The notes under the pieces are model-generated. The model saw only the letters and a list, made by a program, of their open reading frames with translations. It had not been told where the DNA came from and did not search any database. The position numbers were made by a program, and so were the translations under genes. Shown here in pieces: positions 50,401-63,156 of a stretch of DNA of 64,000 nt (within the stretch, counting starts at the first letter, position 1; every line of letters begins with the position of its first letter). The DNA is taken from the NCBI RefSeq assembly GCF_004010195.1, contig NC_057747.1:23010642-23074641 (forward strand), written 5' to 3'. The DNA comes from Chiloscyllium plagiosum (lineage: Eukaryota).

Positions 50401-53400
50401 CTGAGATGCAGAATACTCTAGGGAGGATACATTCAAACCAACTTCTTCGGCAACCTCCCGTTGCACTGAGTCCTCCACAGTCTCCCCTGGGAAAAGAGGA
50501 GAAAATATTTAAGAATCCACACTTTGCGAGGAAAACAAATTTGTTGTGAATCAGTCTGAATGTATGATTGATACACAATACCATGCCTGTCAAATTGGCA
50601 AAGTGCCTCTTGCCTACAAAAAAAAGAGTGAAAATACACCTTTGCCACTCTCTAGTACCTTTACTGTGTGTCAGCAATTGTACAGGTCCTTGGTTTGGTG
50701 GCCTACCTGTGCAATGATTTATGATGGATGGGATTAGGGACAATGAGGCAACTAGGGGAAGTATGAAACTCTCCATCTTATCTGTTACACTTTCATGCCT
50801 ATGTCAGAATCTGAATCAAAGTGTGCCACATCTTTGTGGTGAATGTGGTGTTTATGGACTTCAGCAAGGCATTTGATACGGATCTCCATGGTAGGCTCGT
50901 TCAGAAGAATTTAGCTGTCTGGATACAGAATTGGCTGGTCGACAGAAGATAGCGAGTGATAGCGGAAGGAAAGTATTCTGCCTGGAAGTCAGTGGTGAGT
51001 GGTGTTCCACAGCGCTCTGCTCTTGGGCCTCTACTCTTTGTAATTTTTATTAATGACTTGGATGAGGAGATTGAAGGATGGGTTAGCAAGTTTGCAGACG
51101 ACAAACTTTGGAGGTGTCACGGACAGTATAGAGGACTGTTGTAGGCTGCAGCGTGACATTGACAGGATGCAGCGATGGGCTGAGAGGTGGCAGATTGAGT
51201 TCAACCTGGATAAATGCAAAGTGATGCATTTTGGAAGGTTAAACTTGAAAGTTGAGTACAGGATTAAAAGAGGATTCTTGGCAGTGTGGAGGAACAGCGG
51301 GATTTTGGTGTGTAGGTACATAGATCCCTTAAAATTGCCACCCAAGTGGACAGGGTTGTTAAGAAAGCATATGGTGTTTTAGCTTTCATTAACAGGGGGA
51401 TTGAGTTTAAGAGCCGTGAGATCTTGTTGCATCTCTATAAAACTTTGGTTAGACCGCACTTGGAATACCGTGTCCAGTTCTGGTCACCCTATTATAGGAA
51501 AGATGTGGATGCTTTGGAGAGGGTTCAGAGGAGGTTTACCAGGATGCTGCCTGGAATGGAGGGCTTATCTTACGAAGAGAGGTTGACTGAGCTCGGACAT
51601 TTTTCATTGGAAAAAAGGAAGAGAGGGGTTCTAATTGAGGTGTACAAGATAATGAAAGGCATAGATAGAATTGATAGCCAGAGACTTTTTCCCAGGGCAG
51701 AAATTGTTAACATGAGGGGTCATAGTTTTAAGCTGTTTGGAGGAAAGTGTAAAGGGGATGTCAGAGGTCGGTTCTTTACACAGAGAGTTGTGGGAACAAG
51801 AAATGCGTTGCCAGCAGCCATTGTGGAAGTGAGGTCATTGGGGATATTTAACAGACTGCTGAACATGCATATGGTCACAGAAATTTGAGGGTTTGTACAT
51901 TAGGTTTACCTTACATAAGGAAAAATGGTCAGCACAACATCGTGGGCTGAAGGGCCTGTTCTGTGCTGTACTGTTCTACGTTCTATGTTCTATTTCTGGA
52001 ATTGTGTACCAATATAGTGAATCTTTGAACATTTACCTATGCTTTTTTGGTTTTCACTTTCTCTTCTTGATCTCTGCACTTTATTGTTTATCTTTTCATT
52101 CTGTCTCCCTCTTTTGTAGGCCAACCTCTCTTCTCAACCTCACCATTGAGATTTCCTTTTCTCACAATGGCAAAAAAACTATAGGGTTGCAGCTTTCAAA
52201 AATGAGTTTGGAATAGGAAGTATAATTCCAAAATTTATGGATGACATCAAATTAGAACTGTAGGGAATATCAAGGAAAGCTGTGATGGAAGTGCAAGACG
52301 ACATTAATAAACTTGAGGTATTAATACACTTTTAAGAGTGGATGTGTTTTTGAGAATGAATTTCAATACAGTCAAGTGTGAACTGTTACATTTTGGTAAC
52401 AAAAGGACACACTAACGCTTAGATTATGAGTTCAAATTAGGTAGGTGAAATGGGATTTTGGGGTGCAGATGAATTAATTACAAAAAAAAAATCATTGTGG
52501 GTTAATTAAGGTCATAAATACCCAAGAATTTGTTTATACATAGACATAGGGACAGAATGAGAAAGCAGTAAAGCAACGTTAAACTTGTACTGAACCTTGT
52601 CTAGACTACAGCTGGAATAATGTGAATAGATGTAGTATCTGTGATGTGGAAAGGGTAATAGAGACATTATAGAAATAGTAATTTTAAAAATCACTAGAAT
52701 GACACCTGAAATAAGGGAACATACTTATCTAGAAAGACTGAAGATGCTTTCTTTTCTTGGAACGAGAAGTCAGAGGATGACCACATGGATTATAAAGAGG
52801 TTTGAGAAAGTAGAAATATTTTCATTCATTTAAGAGAACATGTTCTAACTTGTAGTAATACCAAATACACGAGTGCTAAATATGAAAGTGAACATGAAAT
52901 TCAATACAGAATTCTGCAGAAACCTCTATACCAACTATTTGAATAATGAACTACAACAAGGAGTAATTGCTTTGAATGGCATTAATGGACTACTCAAGGA
53001 GAAGCTAGATAAACACCTTGATGGGGGAAATGGACAGAACGATGTGGCAACAGGGTGCAATACAGTGGGGTAGTAGCTGAAGGAGTTGGCTCTGAGCACA
53101 AACATCAGAAAATTCCAGTTTATGGACCTGTTGGGTCAACGTCCTACATCCGTATTATGATTCTGTGCTTGCCTTCTCCCCATCAGCCACAATTTTTCCA
53201 TCTCAAGTATACTGCCAGACAAAGAGAGAAGTGAGAAAGCAGGCAATCCGCACACAAGGAGACTGTCTTCATGGATCACCTTATTGAGTTTCCTTACAAA
53301 AGGCTATTGGACATTTTCAGGTGTAATAGTAACAAAAGCCCATCCATGTGGTTACATTTCACAGTAAAAACAAATTGAATACCTTTTATTTGCACAACAT

Positions 53401-56400
53401 TACAGTGATACTTCGAGTAATGTACAAGAAATGCTAATTACCAATATCACAGAATCCAGCCAGGGCACTGTACATTCCAGGGGGAAATAACTTCTGACGT
53501 GCCAGCAGGCAGTGTGCTCCATCAGACACCAGCACAATAATTACAGGAGACACCTGGTAATAAAGAAATAGAGTGTGATTGGGCAGCAGGAAGGCTGCAG
53601 ATGTTGCAGCAATTGTTGACTTCGCTTTTTTGTTTAATTAGTAATAACCACTCATAATAACAGCTACTCTTCTGATAATCTGAGCGACTGCAATTAGTAG
53701 AAATAGGTAGGGTGAGTGTCACTAACATCAGGCAAAAAGGAACGAAGTTGCAAAAGACTCTGTGCTGTACTTTGAAAACCATTAACTTAGGCTAAGCAAT
53801 GAAATTAGTATACAATTACAGAGAGCCCGGGCACAAAAAGATAAATGGGACACAGCGAGAAAATGGAATATTTTATCCAAAATAGGAAGATGAAGGAAGA
53901 ATTATTAAGACCATAAAAAAATAGGAACAGGAGTAGGCCATTCAGCCCCTTGAGACTGCTTCACCATTCTATAGGATCATGACTGGTCCAACGTTCCTCA
54001 CTTCCCCATAACCCTTGATTCCATTACTTATCAAGAATCCATCTCAGCCTTAAAAACACACATCGACTCTGCTCCTACAGCTCTCTGTGGCAAGGAGATC
54101 CAAAGAATCTCAACCCTCCTTATCCCAGTCTATAATTAGCACTCCTTAATTCTGCGATTATGCCCTCTGGTCTTAAGACTCTCCATGAGGGAAAACATCT
54201 TCTCAACAGTTATGCTGAGAAACCCCTTAAGAGTCCTGTATGTCTCAATGAGGTCACCGCTCATTCTTCTAAACTCCAATGAGTAGAGTCTCAACCGGTT
54301 TAAGTTTTGCTCATAACCTAATCCCTCCATACCAGGATTCATCAGAGTGAACCGTCTCTGAACTGCCTCCAATGAAATAATGTATTTTCTTAAACAGAGG
54401 GACCAAAATTGCTCATAGTACTCCAGGTGAGGTCTCACCAGTACTTTGTATGGTTGGAGTAAGACACTCCTTGAAATAAAGCTGGAAAAGTGCAGCAGGT
54501 CAGGCAGCATCCAAGGAGCAGGAGAATAGACGTTTCGGGCATGAGCCCTTCTTCAGGAATTGAAGGGCTCATGCCCAAAACGTCGATTCTCCTGCTCCTT
54601 GGATGTTGCCTGACCTGCTGCGCTTTTCCAGCAACACATTTTCAGCTCTGATCTCCAGCATCCGCAGTCCTCACTTTCTCCTTGAAATAAAGGTCAACAT
54701 TCCATTAGTCTTCCAGACAATACAAGTGCTTGCTTTCTTGCAAGATACCAAAGTCTGTTTGGGTGATGCAGCTTTCTGCATTTTTTTTTACAATTAAATA
54801 ATTCTGTCCTTTTGTTCTTCCTTCCAAAACAAACAACATTGAATATTCCCACTTTTATACTCCATTTACCAATTTTTTCCCCAATTAAATCAATCAATGA
54901 ATAATCTTTCTGCAAGCCACTTGTATCCCTCTCAGAACCTTCCTCTCAACCTATTTTTGTGTCATCGCAAATTTGGTTACAATACATTTGCTTCCTTTCT
55001 CCAAGTCATTAATATATATTGTAAACAATTCAGTCCCAGCACTGATCCCTGTGGAATTGCACTGGTCACAGATCGCCAACCTGAACAAGAACCCCTTATC
55101 CCCACTCACTGTTTCCTACCCATTAGCCAATTCTCCATCGATACCATTAACACCACAGATTCTTAACTTATGACTTAAGTTTTTGGTGAGGTACCGTCTA
55201 TGCCAGAGAAAAAAAGTTAGTTAAATGTTAATTAGATTCTTGCTATAATGCTTACCTGCGGGTAGTAGGTTATTTCTTCTGAGCTACAGATACGTTTACT
55301 GCCTGACATATTCTTGTGTGTCCGACGTCCAGTTCTACTGCAATAGAGATGTGTGCTGTGCCAGCGGAGAAGACCCTGTGCCTAAAATATATTCGTTATT
55401 GTCTTGACATTTCCAGACAGTCTGATCTGATGTACAAGCACAGTCCGAAACCACAGAACATGCAATGCAAAATCCAAAGAAGTCATTCCTAAAATGTACA
55501 GCAACGCTGAAAAAAGCAGGCAGAAAACATTTGCTAATATTTTATAACAGAGACCAATACTGAAAACTGGCCATTAGGAAGGAAAGAGTCTTACATTATA
55601 ATTTTCCCATCAATAGATACACTGATAATTGCTTTAATTAAAAAAACATGCTAAATTGTGATGATACAAATAAAACAATCGATAACAATTATTAATTAAA
55701 ATGAAAATATAGTACAAGATTATAAAAGGATTGCATATTTATGAACATTTCATTATACAAATAAAATCAACATGCTATAATAAAGAATGATTCATCGGAC
55801 TATTTTCGATTTACCACCTCTGTAGCAATGTTTAATGTTACTAATTTGTATTTATACAGCGAAAATAAAACAGAATGAAATCACCAAAAGTTAAAAATTC
55901 CTGAATTGTATAAAAGGAAAATGCGTTATCACTGTGCTAATATGGTGTGAATCACTGGCTAAGGGTGAACTGAACCAGAATGTGTGGGATGGGGGTGCAT
56001 AGTGGGTATTACTGGACTAATAATCCAGAAACCAGGACTAATAACCAAGAGACGAGTTCAAATCCCATCAGAGCACTGTGTGAATTAAATCCAGTTAATG
56101 AAATAAATCTGGAGTAGAAAGTTATTAAAAACAACAGTAACCATGAAACTACTGGATTGTCATAAAGACCCATCTAGTTCTCTCATGTCCTTTAGAAAGG
56201 AAAACTGCCACTCTTACCCAGTCTGGTCTACATATGACTCCAGATCCACAACAATGTGGTTGACTGTTAACTGTCCTCCGAACTGGCTGAGCATGCCACT
56301 CAGTTAGCTCACTATCACCCTCTTGGACAAGCAGGTTTCAGGAATAAATGTAAGCCTTTCCAGTGATGTGCATAACTGGAAAGTTTAAACCTGGGTTTTG

Positions 56401-59400
56401 GTCTCAGAATTTTAGGATGTGCACGTGGGAGACCCCACATCAAATAAGTTGTGGGAGCCCATTTTACAGCTGCAGAAAGTGAGAACACCACTGATATTTT
56501 TGTTTTCTTCCAGATTTTCCACAAGATATAGGCATTTATTGACTATCCCCAATTGCCCTGAGAAGGTGATCATGTGTTGTCTTCTTGAATTGATGCAGAC
56601 CATTTGGTGCAGATACCTCCACGTAGGTTCAGAAGCTCCAAGGTTTTGGCAGTGAAGAAATGGCAATATAGTGCCAAATCAAGATGGTGTGTGGTTTGTC
56701 ATTCTCTCACATGGATGTGTTTGTAAGCCAGCAAAATATCTAAATCTGATATGCACTCTTGAATGGAAATAACAAGTGGAAACTTTTTTACTTTCTAAAC
56801 AAAAAACATGCTGTCAAAGATTTTCAAATTGCACCTACCAGGACAACTTCAAGAATTCCAGACTTCAAAGGGTACAACACATTATACTGCATGAGAGAAG
56901 GGTGCTGATTGGTTGGCAAATCAAATCCAATTGGTCAAGGCATTGTCATGGAAAATGCACTAGGGAACTTCTTAGTTTCAAAATTTGCCAATGTGTGTGT
57001 TCTACCTTTGACAGTAAAGGTGCATCCTTTCCATCCAAGAGGAAGAAGGCTTTCCGTAAATCAACAAATGTTCCCTTCAGAACCGATTCGGTTCTGGCTT
57101 TTTCAATTTTACCTGAAGTTAAAAGCGTAAATTAGAACATTATCTGTCATCAACTGTGTTAATGGAAATAGCATTTTAAGAGTTCCATATTTTTTTCCTA
57201 ATCTTTTCTAAGTAATTATGTTTTAAAAACACTAGTATTTCAGGCTGTCGGGTCAGCAAGAGCAGAATGGCTTATTTCTGCTCCTAATTCATTAGAAGCT
57301 CAAACCTCAAGGACAGTTGAGAGGGGCTTTGAAACAAATGTACAACCAAATAGAGATTCCATGCATTCATAGACTTTGATGAACAAAATACCAGTGGGGC
57401 AGCCACAGTATTTTGACAAGGAATAGGAAGAAAACATGCATTTTGACGGAGGAGACCTGGGCAAGAGGGTCAATTCCAACACAGAAGAACAAACTGCAGA
57501 TGCACATCATAAAATGAGACTACGTTCAGTACATCCAGCCTTTGCTGGCTCTTTGAAAGAGCTGTTCAATTACAACCACCCCTTGCTCTTTCCCTAGACT
57601 TTTGCCATTCTCTTCATTTAGTACTTATCCTACATATTTTGAAAGTTGCTTTCGCATCTGCTTTCATCACCTTTTCAAGTAAGGTCTCTTTGTATGTGGA
57701 GAAGGAACAGAGTTGCAAGAAAATGAGGAGTAAATTCATTTGCCCTATTCTGATTCAAACAATGTATACTGCAAACCTGCAGTTATTTAAGAAAAACATC
57801 CTTACAATGTGAGTCAATGTAAAGTAGATATGTGTTTAACTCCAAATGCATTGCTCACTGTACTGCAATAAAGGTGTACACTTTATGTTGCTGTCAGTGT
57901 TGCCCTTTGTAAGATAGTTACATTCATTTTGAATACAGATACTTGCATGATAGTCTTACCTAGATCTAGGGCAAATTGTGGCACACGACTCTCTGTACAG
58001 CTAATCAGCACTGACTGTTCCTTATACTTCTCCTTCTGATCCAGTATGTGGAGAATGCCATTCAGTTCTGGAAGAGAAGATGACCTTATTTAAAATAGCA
58101 CAGTTTCTAGGAATGTAGGATCAGGAATAAGCCGCTGAGCATGCTCCACTATTTAATATGGCCGTGACTGATTCTACACTTATCCACTCTATCCCCATCA
58201 ATCTTTATTATGAGAAATCTATAAGCTTCTCCACTAAATATACTCAAAGACTGAGCTTTCACAGAATTTCTGGGGTACAGACTTTCAAAGATTAACCTCC
58301 CTCTGGGTAAAACAAAATCATCTCGGTCCTGAAGAGCATTTCCCTTATATTTAAAATTGTGCTCCTGATTCTAAACTCACTAGCCAGGTGAAACACCTTA
58401 CCTGCCTCCACCCGGAATCTTCCTGCAAATATTTTGTATGTTTGATTAGATTAGATTACTTACAGTGTGGAAACAGGCCCTTTGACCCAACAAGTCCATA
58501 CCGACCCACCGAAGCGCAATCCGCCCAGACCCATTCCCCTACATTTACCCCTGCCCCTAACACTACAGGCAATTTAGCATGGCCAATTCACCTGACCTGC
58601 ACATTTTTTTGGACTGTGGGAGGAAACCGAAGCACCCGGAGAAACCCACGCAGACACTGGGAGAATGTACAAACTCCACACAGTCAGTCGCTTGAGGCGG
58701 GAACTGAACCTGGGTCTCTGGCGCTGTGAGGCAGCAGTGCTAACCACTGTACCACCGTGCCGTTTTCAATGAGGTCACCTCTCATTCTTAATAAGATAAC
58801 CCCCGCAGGTCAGCAATCAGTTGGGTGAACATTCTAAACTTCCTTTTATTTAAGAAAGGACATTATTAATTATATCAGAAACCAAATTAATACAGAGAAG
58901 GATTTGAAAGATTCTGCTTACTCAGATTTTTTAACAAGTATACAATAATTTTTTGTATGACATTTGGACACCTCCTACATTGTTTTATTAAGAGATAAGA
59001 AATAATTTGAGCTATAGGGAGAGGCTGAAATGCTGGGGCTATTTTTCCCTGGAACGTCAGAGGCTGAGGGGTGACCTTACAGAGCTTTATAAAATCGTGA
59101 GGGCATGGATAGGGTAAATAACCACAGTCTTTTTCCCTGTCTGGGGGGGGGGTCCAAAACTATGAAGGGTCTGCTTCTATGCTATATAACTCCATGACAC
59201 TAAAACTCTCCTATTTAGGACACTGTAATAAACAACTTCTGAGCAAGTTATTTATACAAGAGATCACCATTGTTTTAATTGGATTATAGTCTCTTAAAGA
59301 TCACACTCTAACATTCATTTCCAATTTAAAAAAAATAAACAAAGGATTGACATAAACCCCTTGTGCCTTCTGTTCTACGGCATTCATACCTGAGGCCATC

Positions 59401-61954
59401 ACAAACGGTGCCATATACTTGCTCTCACTCCTTTGCAACAAGGGTGAGAAACTGTGAAAGAGAAGAAATACTCCAGAGCTCAGCGCTTTCCGGCAGGCTT
59501 CATCATCCTCCTTCAGTTCAAGCAAGTAGCTGTGTTCCAAAACAATATTTCCATGATAGTTAATCTATGTTTCAGAGGTGCATTGAAAAATCTGCACACG
59601 CAAGAGCTATTAATGACTTGACATATGCTATAGCTGCTGATGTAACATGGCATTTTTGCCAAACTTTCAAAAAAGTGTGCATTTTTGAGCAGACTGCATT
59701 GCCGTCGGCTTTAAATCAGCAGCGCTCCTAAAGCTTGTACTTCCAAATAAACCTGTTGGACTATAATTGTGTTGAGAGATTTTTAACTTCATCACCTTTA
59801 AAGATATCGGATGTATTCTCAAGATAATCCATAAAATTTCCAGACAGAATACACAGGGGAAAACAGTAAGATCTTGTTTGGTAATACAGGAGCACTGATG
59901 GGGGGACATTGTTTAGCAGCTCTGCTCTTGGTTGGAAATGAATGTGACATGAAGGATAAACAAAAGCCAAGTATTGTGGATGCTGGAGATCAGTAATCAA
60001 AACAAAGTGGAGAAATTCAATAAATCTGGCAGCATCTGTGCAGAGGGAAACTGAGTTAACATCAAGTCCAATATAATTCTTCAAAGGAGAGTTATAGAGC
60101 CATAGAGATGTACAGCATGGAAACAGACCCTTCGGTCCAACTGGTCCATGCCGACCAGATATCCCAACCCAATCTAGTCCCACCTGCCAGCACCCGGCCC
60201 ATATCCCTCCAAACCCTTCCTATTCATATACCCATCCAAATCCTCCAACCCTGGCAACGTCCTTGTAAATCTTTTCTGAACCCTTTCAAGTTTCACAATA
60301 TCTTTCCGATAGGAAGGAGACCAGAACTGCACACAATATTTCAACAGTGGCCTAACCAATGTCCAACAGCCGGAACATGACCTCCCAACTCTTGTACTCA
60401 AATACTCTGACCAATAAAGGAAAGCATACCAAACACCACCTTCACTATCCTAGTTACCTGCGACTCCACTTTCAAGGAGCTAATCAGAGTCAAAACATTA
60501 ACCCTTTCTCCCTCCACAGATGCTGTCAGATCTGTTGAGTTTCTTCTGCATTTTTGGTTTTTATTTTATAAAATGAAAGATAATCTTCTGCGGGAAAGAA
60601 AATAGAAACAAAATTGGACAAAATTGGGCTGCACAATGGCTCAGTGGTTAGCACTGCTGCCTCAATGCCAGGGATCCGGGTTCAATTCCCACCTCAGGCA
60701 ACTGTCTGTGTGGAGTTTGCACATTCTCCTAGTGTCTGCGTGGGTTTCCTCTGGTTGCTCCGGTTTCCTCCCACTGTCCAAAGGTGTGCAGGTTAGGTGA
60801 ATTGGCAGTGCTAAAGTGCCCGTAGTGTTAGGTGCAGGGGTAAATGTAGGGGAATGGTTCTGGTTGCTCTTCGGAGGGTCGGTGTGGACTTGTTGGGCTG
60901 AAGGGCCTGTTTCCACACTGTAGGGAGTCTAATCTAAATCTAAAACCCAGAAAACCATCTGTACGTGTGATCATCATGAACATATGCCATTATTTATGAG
61001 CATGAACGCATTCTAAATGCAATTTAAAATTTGACTGGAGATTCAGGACCTGAGTGTAACTGCAATGGAAAAACGTTTGTACGAGTACAATTTGGAATTG
61101 ACCAATACTTTTTGGTTGATAGTGACAGCATTTTGTTTTGTGTGTGCTGTACACTTTCTTTGTCTGGGACAGCCCAATGTTGATATTGCAACTAAACATG
61201 GAACAGCACTCTTTTTTCCTATTGAATTATCTTCACTGGAAAATAAGTAAACATACTTGAAATAAGTAAACAAAAGGGCAAAGAGGGAACATTTATAGTC
61301 GGTATTCCTCTTAAATGGGTTTTGCATGTAAAATTAATCATTTATAGATTCATAGAGATATACAGCACTGAAACAGATGCCTCAGTCCAACTCGTCCATG
61401 TTGACCAGATATCCTAACCTAATCTTGTCCCATTTGCCAAAACTTGGCCCATACCCTTCTAAATCCTTCCTATTCATATACCCATCCAGATGCCTTTAAA
61501 ATGTTGTAATTTTATAGCCCTGAACACCCTCTGGCAGCTCATTCCATACACGCAGCACCCTCTGCATGAAAAAGTTGCCCCTTAGGTCCCTTGTATATCT
61601 TTCCCCTCTCACCCCAAACCTATGCCCTCTAGTTCTGAACTCCCCTACTCCAGGGAAAAGACCTTGCCTATTTATCCTCTCCACGCCCCTCCTGATACAA
61701 TAAACCTCTATAAGGTCACCTCTCAGTCTCTGAAGCTCCAGGAGACCATGGGTGATTTACTGGTGGCGGTCAATAGATGAAAAAAAGCAGGTGATTGGGT
61801 GATGGGCAAAAAATAAAACTTTTTTTGTAACAGCACTTCTGGACATTTAAACAAGAACTGGCAACACTCACCGCATCCGACTGACGTAACTTGAAACCAA
61901 TCTGCAGGATATTTGCATGGCCGGTGTAGTGAAATGCTTCAAAAAGACAGGCAT
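47236..61954 (-). CDS. NUDT13: NAD(P)H pyrophosphatase NUDT13 (Nudix hydrolase 13, mitochondrial), 8 coding exons, 339 aa
   Basis: Exons 61954-61872, 59529-59390, 58067-57960, 57112-57006, 55381-55256, 53553-53442, 50486-50332 and 47424-47236 join into 1020 nt. Contains Nudix box [17 protein letters not shown], the [13 protein letters not shown]-pyrophosphatase signature, [12 protein letters not shown] and [13 protein letters not shown]. Convergent with ECD, as in human. Confidence 0.95.
48652..48691 (-). ncRNA. Minimal hammerhead ribozyme (Penelope-associated)
   Basis: Reverse-complement copy of the 49006-49045 motif. Confidence 0.8.
49006..49045 (+). ncRNA. Minimal hammerhead ribozyme (Penelope-associated)
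   Basis: CCA-CTGATGA-t-GTTACCT-agcc-AGGTAAT-GAAAC-GTC-TGG: complete core, stems I and II pair, GUC cleavage triplet. Confidence 0.8.
49185..49219 (-). ncRNA. Minimal hammerhead ribozyme (third Penelope family)
   Basis: ttcCTGATGAagggcttttgcccGAAACGTCgatt; similar copies at 37804-37840 (-) and about 54525-54560 (-). Confidence 0.7.
49337..49815 (+). mobile_element. Rex1/Babar-like LINE 3' fragment
   Basis: Encodes [29 protein letters not shown]; tail aataaatcaaatc. Confidence 0.7.
50332..50486 (-). CDS. NUDT13: NUDT13 exon (Nudix box)
   Basis: [17 protein letters not shown]...[15 protein letters not shown]. Confidence 0.96.
50840..51992 (+). mobile_element. CR1 LINE, 5'-truncated and relatively young
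   Basis: [31 protein letters not shown]; 180-aa ORF at 51346-51888; (ttctatg)n tail. Confidence 0.9.
53442..53553 (-). CDS. NUDT13: NUDT13 exon
   Basis: [37 protein letters not shown]. Confidence 0.95.
53915..55190 (-). mobile_element. Degenerate CR1 LINE
   Basis: [25 protein letters not shown]. Confidence 0.82.
54481..54677. mobile_element. Mini fold-back Penelope terminus inserted in a CR1 LINE
   Basis: Palindrome centred near 54555; TSD ctccttgaaataaa at 54467 and 54678. Confidence 0.82.
55256..55381 (-). CDS. NUDT13: NUDT13 exon
   Basis: AQGLLRWH...CSRTG...GSKRIC...YYPQ; AG/GT flanks. Confidence 0.94.
57006..57112 (-). CDS. NUDT13: NUDT13 exon
   Basis: [25 protein letters not shown]; AG/GT flanks. 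Confidence 0.92.
57960..58067 (-). CDS. NUDT13: NUDT13 exon
   Basis: ...SVLISC...FALDL; GTAAGA donor. Confidence 0.9.
58443..58762 (-). mobile_element. HE1-type SINE
   Basis: Complete reverse copy with a (gatta)n end. Confidence 0.87.
59390..59529 (-). CDS. NUDT13: NUDT13 exon
   Basis: [16 protein letters not shown]...[10 protein letters not shown]; AG/GT flanks. Confidence 0.93.
60090..60482 (-). mobile_element. HER1/CR1 LINE fragment with an internal deletion
   Basis: [26 protein letters not shown] joined directly to the 3' tail. Confidence 0.8.
60626..60942 (+). mobile_element. HE1-type SINE
   Basis: Complete copy with aatct tail. Confidence 0.85.
61345..61745 (-). mobile_element. HER1/CR1 LINE 3' fragment
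   Basis: RTRGHRF...[17 protein letters not shown]. Confidence 0.8.
61872..61954 (-). CDS. NUDT13: NUDT13 first coding exon (basic presequence-like MPVFLKHF...SYVSRMR)
   Basis: In-frame upstream stop; GTGAGT donor; phase fits the next exon. Confidence 0.82.
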
Positions 61955-62187
61955 AACTTTCAGTTCACAGCTCCAGCTTCGAGTTTGTCACTAAGGTCGA
62001 CCCATCCCTTCTCACCAATCAGCAACATAACCTGTCAGGAAATAGATTGGCATTAAATGCCATACACAAACAGCCCTCCATAACTATTAAAGAAAGGGGT
62101 GAAAGGATGATCAGGGGAAGACGGCAGGGGGTGGGGAGGGGAGATATCAGACCGGGGGGAAGACGTCAGACTGGGGTGGGGGTGGGG

Positions 62188-63156
62188 NNNNNNNNNNNNN
62201 NNNNNNNNNNNNNNNNNNNNNNNNNNNNNNNNNNNNNNNNNNNNNNNNNNNNNNNNNNNNNNNNNNNNNNNNNNNNNNNNNNNNNNNNNNNNNNNNNNNN
62301 NNNNNNNNNNNNNNNNNNNNNNNNNNNNNNNNNNNNNNNNNNNNNNNNNNNNNNNNNNNNNNNNNNNNNNNNNNNNNNNNNNNNNNNNNNNNNNNNNNNN
62401 NNNNNNNNNNNNNNNNNNNNNNNNNNNNNNNNNNNNNNNNNNNNNNNNNNNNNNNNNNNNNNNNNNNNNNNNNNNNNNNNNNNNNNNNNNNNNNNNNNNN
62501 NNNNNNNNNNNNNNNNNNNNNNNNNNNNNNNNNNNNNNNNNNNNNNNNNNNNNNNNNNNNNNNNNNNNNNNNNNNNNNNNNNNNNNNNNNNNNNNNNNNN
62601 NNNNNNNNNNNNNNNNNNNNNNNNNNNNNNNNNNNNNNNNNNNNNNNNNNNNNNNNNNNNNNNNNNNNNNNNNNNNNNNNNNNNNNNNNNNNNNNNNNNN
62701 NNNNNNNNNNNNNNNNNNNNNNNNNNNNNNNNNNNNNNNNNNNNNNNNNNNNNNNNNNNNNNNNNNNNNNNNNNNNNNNNNNNNNNNNNNNNNNNNNNNN
62801 NNNNNNNNNNNNNNNNNNNNNNNNNNNNNNNNNNNNNNNNNNNNNNNNNNNNNNNNNNNNNNNNNNNNNNNNNNNNNNNNNNNNNNNNNNNNNNNNNNNN
62901 NNNNNNNNNNNNNNNNNNNNNNNNNNNNNNNNNNNNNNNNNNNNNNNNNNNNNNNNNNNNNNNNNNNNNNNNNNNNNNNNNNNNNNNNNNNNNNNNNNNN
63001 NNNNNNNNNNNNNNNNNNNNNNNNNNNNNNNNNNNNNNNNNNNNNNNNNNNNNNNNNNNNNNNNNNNNNNNNNNNNNNNNNNNNNNNNNNNNNNNNNNNN
63101 NNNNNNNNNNNNNNNNNNNNNNNNNNNNNNNNNNNNNNNNNNNNNNNNNNNNNNNN
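62188..63156. other. Assembly gap (N run)
   Basis: Run of N. Confidence 1.

Noticed and set aside
51346-51888. 180-aa ORF as a host gene
   Set aside because: C-terminus of a CR1 LINE ORF2.
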